A DNA stretch of 64,000 nt from Patescibacteria group bacterium. GTDB lineage: Bacteria; Patescibacteriota; Patescibacteriia; JBAZBY01. The notes beneath the pieces were generated by a model. That model was not told the DNA's origin and ran no database searches. It was given only the letters and a program-made list of their open reading frames with translations. Position 1 is the stretch's first letter, and each line of letters begins with the position of its first letter. Where the stretch lies: the NCBI GenBank assembly GCA_041671225.1, contig JBAZBY010000001.1:302940-366939 (forward strand). Reading direction: 5' to 3'. Both the position numbers and the translations under genes were made by a program. This document shows positions 58,049 to 64,000 of the stretch, one piece after another.

Positions 58049-58741
58049 ATGCCACAAGACTATACATCCCTTGAGGAGCGCATCGGCGCACACTTCAAGA
58101 ATACTGACCTGCTCACGCAGGCCTTTGTTCATCGTTCATATTTGAACGAAAATCCAACATTCGCCCTCGGCCACAATGAACGGCTCGAATTTTTGGGTGA
58201 TGCCGTTCTTGAACTGGTTGTGACCGAGTATCTTTATAATCATTATGACAACTCAGAAGGCGAGCTTACGAACTGGCGCGCGGCACTGGTGAATGCCACC
58301 ATGCTGGCTCGCGTTGCAGAAGAGATGGATATGGAACCATTTCTCCTTCTTTCTCGCGGCGAGTCGCGTGACGGCAGTTCCAAGGCGCGACAGTCCATTC
58401 TTGCCAACACCGTTGAGTCGGTTATTGGTGCGTTGTATTTGGATCAGGGTTATGAACCATGCAGGCATTTTATTAGCATAGCCATTCTGAAGCATCTGGA
58501 TGAGATTCTCGATAAGAAGCTCTATCGCGATCCTAAATCGAGCCTCCAAGAAGAAGCGCAGGCACGCATGGGCGCCACGCCTGCGTATCGCGTGCTCGAT
58601 GAAACTGGCCCAGACCATAAACGCACCTTTGTTATTGGTGTCTATATTGGGGAACAACTTGTCGCAAAAGGGCACGGCACTTCAAAACAGGAAGCGCAGG
58701 TTGCCGCTGCAGAGGGTGCATTGAAGGAAAAAGGCTGGTAA
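58049..58741 (+). CDS. rnc: Ribonuclease III
   Basis: NERLEFLGDAVL signature and dsRBD (KSSLQE, GPDH, SKQEAQ). Confidence 0.98.
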   Translation: MPQDYTSLEERIGAHFKNTDLLTQAFVHRSYLNENPTFALGHNERLEFLGDAVLELVVTEYLYNHYDNSEGELTNWRAALVNATMLARVAEEMDMEPFLLLSRGESRDGSSKARQSILANTVESVIGALYLDQGYEPCRHFISIAILKHLDEILDKKLYRDPKSSLQEEAQARMGATPAYRVLDETGPDHKRTFVIGVYIGEQLVAKGHGTSKQEAQVAAAEGALKEKGW

Positions 58742-58750
58742 GCTAAAGCC

Positions 58751-59242
58751 ATGGAGCTTGCAAACCCTTTACTCTTCTGGGTTACCCTCGTCATCGTTAC
58801 CGCTGGATTCGTGGGCATCTTTTTTCCTTTGGTTCCAAACATCCCGTTGATATGGCTGGGGATTCTTCTTTATGCGGCAATTTCTGGATTTGAGGAAGTA
58901 ACAAATGAGTTTATTCTCTTCATTTCGTTCCTTGCGCTCATCACCATTTTTCTTGATTTTATTTCAGCCCGATGGGGCGTGCGAAAGTTCACGGCAAGTG
59001 GGAATGCTGTCATTGGCGCGGTACTTGGCGGGGTTATTGGTTCACTGTTTGGTCAACTCTGGGCGTTTTTTATGGGCCCATTGCTGGGTGCCGTACTCTT
59101 TCAACTTTTTACGGGACATGACACGATCTGGTCTATCCGCGGCGATCGTTTTCATATCATTGGGTTTATGGGAGGCAGCGTCATGAAGCTGGTGATTGCC
59201 ATCACAATGATCGGCATGTTTCTTTGGGTGGTTCTTGTTTAA
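58751..59242 (+). CDS. DUF456-family membrane protein
   Basis: GIFFPLVPNIPLIW and GAVLGGVIG..GPLLGA pattern. Confidence 0.75.
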   Translation: MELANPLLFWVTLVIVTAGFVGIFFPLVPNIPLIWLGILLYAAISGFEEVTNEFILFISFLALITIFLDFISARWGVRKFTASGNAVIGAVLGGVIGSLFGQLWAFFMGPLLGAVLFQLFTGHDTIWSIRGDRFHIIGFMGGSVMKLVIAITMIGMFLWVVLV

Positions 59243-59323
59243 GTTGCCCTCCACAACAAGCTGAAAACATGATACCCTTCCCGTGCTTCCGCTCACGCGC
59301 GGGTTTTCGTATGCGCTATAGAT

Positions 59324-61981
59324 ATGTATCTCGAGAAATTTGAACTACGCGGCTTCAAGTCCTTCGCTGACCCGGTAACATTGACGTTTACCCCGGGCAT
59401 TACGGCTATTGTGGGGCCTAACGGTTCTGGAAAATCAAACGTTTCAGACGCTATCCGTTGGGTGCTCGGTGAGCAGTCCATGAAGCTTCTGCGCGGGAAA
59501 CGATCTGAGGATGTTATTTTTTCTGGCTCAGACCGCAAGAGCCAGCTTGGCATGGCGGAGGTCTCCATGACCATCAACAACAGCGACGGCAAGATGCCCG
59601 TTGATCACAGCGAAGTGACCATCACGCGTCGTGTGTACCGTTCTGGCGAGGGCGAGTATCTTCTGAATAAAAAAACGGCAAAGCTGCAGGACATGCTCAT
59701 GCTTTTTGCCAAGGCCCACTTTGGACAGAAATCGTATTCAGTTGTTGGTCAGGGGATGATTGACGCGATTCTTGTTGCCACACCCACTGAGCGCAAGAAT
59801 TTTTTTGATGAAGCAGCCGGCGTGCGACAGTATCAGATGAAGCGAGAACAAACCATTCGTCGTCTTGATGAGACGCGGGAAAACCTTGGGAAGGCAGAAA
59901 TGCTGATGGGTGAGATTGAACCGCATTTGCGCTCACTCACGCGTCAGGTGAGGCGCCTAGAGCGCCGTGGAGAGGTAGAAGGTGAGCTACATGATATTCA
60001 GAGTGCATATTACGCGCGCCGTTATTGGCTTATTAAGCAGGAGGAAAGTACCTTTACCCAGAAGTGTGATGCGCATGAGCAGGAACTTGGCGGCGTGAAG
60101 CAGCGGGTCGATGAGACACAAAAAGCACTTGAGCAACTGGAAAAAGAACAAGGACGCGAGGAGCGTTTTCAAAGATTGCAGCAGGAGTATTCAGCCATGC
60201 TTGAGCAGAAGAATCGCCTCCTTCGCGAATCAGCAGAACTCAAGGGGCGTCTTGATGCGGATGCGATCAGCAAGGGAGACTTGCCTGTCGTGTGGCTTAA
60301 GAAGCGCAAGGAAGAATTGGAAAATGACCTTACGCGCTATGAGGAACAGCAGGAGCAGCTTCGCGGCAAAGCAACAAAGCTCGCACAGGAGCAGAAATCA
60401 ACGGATCGTGAACTTAACGGAGTACGCGATGCGTTTAGCAAAGCAACCAGTGCATTTGATGCTATGAGGAATATATTGGAGCAGCTCGATGCTCCAGAGA
60501 TGATTGTGAAAGAAGCGGAGCGCCTTGCCGGTGACCATGCCGCGTTTGTGCAAGAAGCAGAAAAAACTGAATCCCTTGAGAAATTAAAGAGTCTCTTGAA
60601 GGATGCAAGCGTTGTGCAGAAGAAGCTCACTGCCTTTGCAGAAAAGCTCGTGCGTTATACGGCGTCGGACCCACGCACCTTTTTGGACTTGCACGAGTCT
60701 ATTCAGAAGACGCTCACGCGTCGCGCAGAATTAGAGCAGCGATCTGTTATGCAGGAGCAGGAGCAGGCAGGCATTGAGCGCGAATCATCCATGCAGGAAC
60801 AGTTCATGAGCGGGATTCGTGAGGAACTTGAGCGTGTGCGAAAAGAGTTGAAGCGAGCAGATACCAGCGATAAAAAGGAAGCAGGCGATGCAACGAGTGA
60901 GGAACTCTCTGAGATTGAAGAAAAAATCACAGAACTGAACACCCGCCTTACGGTGCTCCGTACGACTATTGCCGAGTTTAATACACAAGAAGAAGGAAAA
61001 CGCGAAGAGCTCTTTCGGCTGCAGAAGGGTTTTCGCGATGAGCAGCAAGAACTCAACAACATTACACAAAAACTCAATGCGGTGCGCGTGGAATTGGCAA
61101 AGATTCAAGCACATCGCGAAGATTTAGAACGTGAACTGCGAGGTGAACTTCCCGAAGCACGCACCACTGAAGTATTTGAAGCAAAGGAGCCAAAAGAGGT
61201 AGACATTGCGGCGAGCGAGCGTGAAATTGAAAGACTCAAACATCAACTGGAGCTTATTGGGGGTATTGATGAGGGCGTGCAGGAAGAATATTCTGAGACG
61301 AATGAACGCTTTGAAAAACTTTCTGTACAGACAGAGGATCTCATTAAAGCTATTGCGGATTTAGAGAAAGCCATCGCAGAGTTAGATATAACCATCAAGC
61401 GCGAGTTCATGCGCAGCTTTGAGAAGATTAATAAAGAGTTTGGTAAATATTTCAAAGGCCTGTTTGAAGGAGGTCGCGCTGAGCTTGTGCTTATTAAGGA
61501 AGAGCCGCGCGAAGAGAGTGATGATGCAGATGAGGACGACGACGAAGATGACGATGCAAGTGAGGACGACGTGTTACCCGAGAAGAAGCCAAGCGGTGAA
61601 AAGGTAGTGACCGGCGTGGACATTCGCGCAGTTCCGCCTGGCAAGCGTGTTTCCACCATCAATATGCTTTCTGGTGGGGAGCGCGCGCTTACCTCCATTG
61701 CGTTACTCTCAGCTATCATCGCAACCAACCCTTCACCATTTGTCTTTTTGGATGAAGTGGATGCCGCGCTTGATGAAGCAAACTCCCAGCGCTTTGCACG
61801 CATTCTCAAGGATCTTGCGAGCAAGACGCAGTTCATTGCGGTGACGCATAACCGTGCGACGATGGAGCAGGCAGACATTCTCTACGGCGTAACCATGGGG
61901 AACGACAGCGTATCAAAGATCCTCTCCGTGAAGATGGAAGAGGTAGATAAGGTTATTGCGTCACAGGGCAACCGGCGATAG
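59324..61981 (+). CDS. smc: SMC-family ATPase (short, no recognisable hinge)
   Basis: GFKSF, GPNGSGKSN, LSGGE, LDEVDAALDEAN, QFIAVTH; only 885 aa; downstream of rnc. Confidence 0.88.
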   Translation: MYLEKFELRGFKSFADPVTLTFTPGITAIVGPNGSGKSNVSDAIRWVLGEQSMKLLRGKRSEDVIFSGSDRKSQLGMAEVSMTINNSDGKMPVDHSEVTITRRVYRSGEGEYLLNKKTAKLQDMLMLFAKAHFGQKSYSVVGQGMIDAILVATPTERKNFFDEAAGVRQYQMKREQTIRRLDETRENLGKAEMLMGEIEPHLRSLTRQVRRLERRGEVEGELHDIQSAYYARRYWLIKQEESTFTQKCDAHEQELGGVKQRVDETQKALEQLEKEQGREERFQRLQQEYSAMLEQKNRLLRESAELKGRLDADAISKGDLPVVWLKKRKEELENDLTRYEEQQEQLRGKATKLAQEQKSTDRELNGVRDAFSKATSAFDAMRNILEQLDAPEMIVKEAERLAGDHAAFVQEAEKTESLEKLKSLLKDASVVQKKLTAFAEKLVRYTASDPRTFLDLHESIQKTLTRRAELEQRSVMQEQEQAGIERESSMQEQFMSGIREELERVRKELKRADTSDKKEAGDATSEELSEIEEKITELNTRLTVLRTTIAEFNTQEEGKREELFRLQKGFRDEQQELNNITQKLNAVRVELAKIQAHREDLERELRGELPEARTTEVFEAKEPKEVDIAASEREIERLKHQLELIGGIDEGVQEEYSETNERFEKLSVQTEDLIKAIADLEKAIAELDITIKREFMRSFEKINKEFGKYFKGLFEGGRAELVLIKEEPREESDDADEDDDEDDDASEDDVLPEKKPSGEKVVTGVDIRAVPPGKRVSTINMLSGGERALTSIALLSAIIATNPSPFVFLDEVDAALDEANSQRFARILKDLASKTQFIAVTHNRATMEQADILYGVTMGNDSVSKILSVKMEEVDKVIASQGNRR

Positions 61982-62074
61982 CATTGAGTCATTATATTAT
62001 TTAAGGGACAGCGTAGTACCGCCTCCCTATTTTTTGTGTGTTATACTGGTAGCGCTTAAAAATAATGATTTTGT

Positions 62075-62485
62075 ATGGAATATACGCCACGTCAAAAAGC
62101 TGTTCTCGCTAACAATAAGACGAAAATGGCATGGTATGCGATTCTCGGCTTTGAAGTACTAGGGATAGTGTTTTCTATTATTGCGTTGGTATATTCCATT
62201 AACGCGAGCGCGACGATTTTTGAAGCATCGTCAGTGGCCGGCCTTATCACGCTCGGAAGTTTTACACTAAGCTTTCTCATTGTCTTGTGGATACTTTGGG
62301 GTATATGGAAACTTGAACGATGGGTGCAGGTGGTACTTTGGATTTTTGCCGTTTTTGCCCTGTTGACGTTTAATCTTATTAATTTGGTTATTGCTGTTAT
62401 TGTTGTACTAGCGTATCGTTGGATTTTGAAAAAAATTGATGTCGCGTCAACGCCAAAGGCAAACATTCCGGACGCGTCCAAATAA
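62075..62485 (+). CDS. Hypothetical membrane protein (about 4 TM)
   Basis: Hydrophobic 136-aa ORF with an upstream TGTTATACT promoter. Confidence 0.7.
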   Translation: MEYTPRQKAVLANNKTKMAWYAILGFEVLGIVFSIIALVYSINASATIFEASSVAGLITLGSFTLSFLIVLWILWGIWKLERWVQVVLWIFAVFALLTFNLINLVIAVIVVLAYRWILKKIDVASTPKANIPDASK

Positions 62486-62619
62486 AAAGGCGGACCCGAG
62501 CGCATTGTAGGCATAGCGCTCAGGTCCTCGACAGGCATCAGGTAGAGGGCAAGCTCGCCCATGTTGCGCCGGTTAGGAGGGCGCTCGGTGGGTGGGCTAC
62601 GCATCCTGGATGCTGTCGT
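62484..62619 (-). ncRNA. Candidate small RNA 2 (unknown family)
   Basis: TTGCTG(62649-54)-17-TAGGAT(62626-31); the closing stem starts at the predicted TSS; terminator GGACCTGAGCGC/GCGCTCGGGTCC followed by TTTTT. Confidence 0.55.
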
Positions 62620-62655
62620 GAGAACATCCTAGCGGACTCTCCGCAAGGCAGCAAG

Positions 62656-62696
62656 TAAAAACCAAAAACCGCCCTTGCGGGCGGCCTTGGTTTTTG
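62656..62696 (-). terminator. Intrinsic terminator of hup
   Basis: AAAAACCAAGGCCGCCC-GCAA-GGGCGGTTTTTGGTTTTT. Confidence 0.8.
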
Positions 62697-62768
62697 AAGT
62701 TGAAAGAACTCTATTCCCCGTCCGAAGCCCGTGAGGGCGAAGGCGGGGGAGAAGTCCCGTAGGACTAT

Positions 62769-63050
62769 TTAGAGGATAGCGTCTTTCGCGGCCTTTGCCA
62801 AGCGGAATTTCAGAACCACTTTTGCTGGGATCTGAATCTGCTCACCCGTTGCTGGGTTGCGACCCATGCGAGCTGCGCGGTTCTTCTTCACCATTTTTCC
62901 CAATCCTGGGATGGTGAATTCACCATTTGCCTTTGTTTCCGCATATGCGGTTTCGACGAGCATGTCGATGAACTCTTGAACCTCTTTTTTGCTCTTTCCG
63001 GACTTTTCCGAAAGATGATTCATGAGTTGGCTTTTTGTCATTCCTGCCAT
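62769..63050 (-). CDS. hup: HU-family DNA-binding protein
   Basis: MTKSQL, IPGLGK, RAARMGRNPATGEQIQIPAK. Confidence 0.96.
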   Translation of the reverse strand: MAGMTKSQLMNHLSEKSGKSKKEVQEFIDMLVETAYAETKANGEFTIPGLGKMVKKNRAARMGRNPATGEQIQIPAKVVLKFRLAKAAKDAIL

Positions 63051-63215
63051 ACGTCTATAAAAATTAATTAGTGAACGTTTTTCCTACGAAATCTTAGCAA
63101 ATACGCGAAAAATGCGCCAGCCCGTTATATTTTTAGTTATCAACACCACCTAGATGTTGATTCGGGTGGTATGTATTTCCAAAAGAGGCGACTGTTTGTG
63201 AGGTCTTTTTGTTTT

Positions 63216-63833
63216 TTATTTTTTGAATCGAAGAAAGGATTTTATGGGAAGAAGAAGGAGTGTGCCCATCAGTGAAAGTGCCGTTGTCATCATAATAAGC
63301 GCAGGAAAACCAATAGTAATGGCAATATACCCGCCAATAGCGGAAAAAGCAGCACTGGAGAGATCCGTGAGGGTAAAATAAACACCCCACTCCGTCCCTT
63401 CCTTATGTGTATCAATATGGCGGGTAAAGATTGCCATGTATGAAGGAAATGTCATAGCAGTGGCTAGTCCATAGAAGAATTGCACAATATAGAGATGCAG
63501 TGGTGTGGTGATCATGAGGTAGGCGAGTGGGAGGAGTGCCGTAATTATGGAAAAAGTAAGCATCACATAAAAATCATCCTTTTCGCCACGAATTTTGTCG
63601 ATAAACATTGCGACCGGAATTTGACCAAGGCTTTTTGTGAGGAGGTAGATTGCGGCAGCAATACCAGCGACTGCTGCGTTACCGCCTACAATAAAATCTT
63701 CAATGAACAGCGCAAAAATAGGCCCGAGCAGGCCGCCGGCGCCCACGATAATAATATCCGAGGCGATCAAAAATTGGATCACCGCATTAATATCACGGAA
63801 GAGGTAGTGCTTAACAGGGATACTGCGTTTCAT
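63216..63833 (-). CDS. Half-size (6-TM) MFS-type membrane protein
   Basis: GLLGPIFALF, DKIRGEKD (motif A position), EGTEWG, IGGYIA; 205 aa with intact start and stop. Confidence 0.8.
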   Translation of the reverse strand: MKRSIPVKHYLFRDINAVIQFLIASDIIIVGAGGLLGPIFALFIEDFIVGGNAAVAGIAAAIYLLTKSLGQIPVAMFIDKIRGEKDDFYVMLTFSIITALLPLAYLMITTPLHLYIVQFFYGLATAMTFPSYMAIFTRHIDTHKEGTEWGVYFTLTDLSSAAFSAIGGYIAITIGFPALIMMTTALSLMGTLLLLPIKSFLRFKK

Positions 63834-63841
63834 ACGAGTGT

Positions 63842-64000
63842 TTAGTGTACGTCGATACCCGTTGTCACACGGAGCACTTCTTCGATACTTGTCATGCCAG
63901 CCATCGCCTTTGCAATACCGTCCTGGCGCAGTGTGAGCATGCCTTTTTCTTTTGCGTATTGAAGCATTTCCTGCCCAGGACTGCCCGCGATAATCATGTT
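63842..64000 (-). CDS. C-terminus of a second GspE/PilB-family ATPase (truncated by window end)
   Basis: Manual translation ...AKEKGMLTLRQDGIAKAMAGMTSIEEVLRV..., paralogous to the end of 8465-10165. Confidence 0.85.
   Translation of the reverse strand, partial: NMIIAGSPGQEMLQYAKEKGMLTLRQDGIAKAMAGMTSIEEVLRVTTGIDVH

Noticed and set aside
62484-62654. SRP RNA or 6S RNA identity for candidate sRNA 2 (and sRNA 1)
   Set aside because: No SRP domain IV GNRA/AGCAG motif; the rods are shorter than typical 6S and lack a clear symmetric central bubble. 6S is not fully excluded without Infernal.

Overview
This is the replication-origin region of a reduced-genome bacterium using genetic code 11. Gene content and style point to Patescibacteria/CPR (Parcubacteria-like); this is inferred from a stand-alone PilB/GspE ATPase, degenerate DHH and MBL proteins, a short S1, a hinge-less SMC and tRNA-Ile(UAU). 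The core block is PBP1A / dciA-like / dnaN / dnaA // rpmH-rnpA-yidD-yidC, with a B. subtilis-like unwinding element just before dnaN. Housekeeping genes include tsaE, tsaD, valS, pepA, ruvB, rplS, an RluA-family synthase, a CCA-type nucleotidyltransferase, ftsH, rpsA, gyrA, rpmF, nusB, rnc, smc and hup. Cell-envelope genes include murJ, two C39-like peptidases, VanW, SpoIID/LytB and a flippase-GT2-two O-antigen-ligase-like locus. There are six tRNAs and an accessory stretch at about 14.3-29.2 kb. No integrase, transposase, RT, CRISPR array or rRNA was seen. The most notable non-annotated signals are: (1) two intergenic small-RNA-like units (about 31.7 kb and 62.5 kb) with promoter, long stem and terminator that share motifs including an anti-Shine-Dalgarno CGCCCUCCU; (2) a complete leader-peptide attenuator before an orphan trpB; (3) an ASCH domain inserted in ValRS; (4) a 203-bp structured unit duplicating the tRNA-Glu 3' end; (5) a presenilin/SPP-like GxGD protease and a beta-barrel-like secreted protein; (6) a missed 43-aa histone-H1-like gene; (7) widespread leaderless promoter architecture. 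All calls were made by eye; no searches or folding programs were run.
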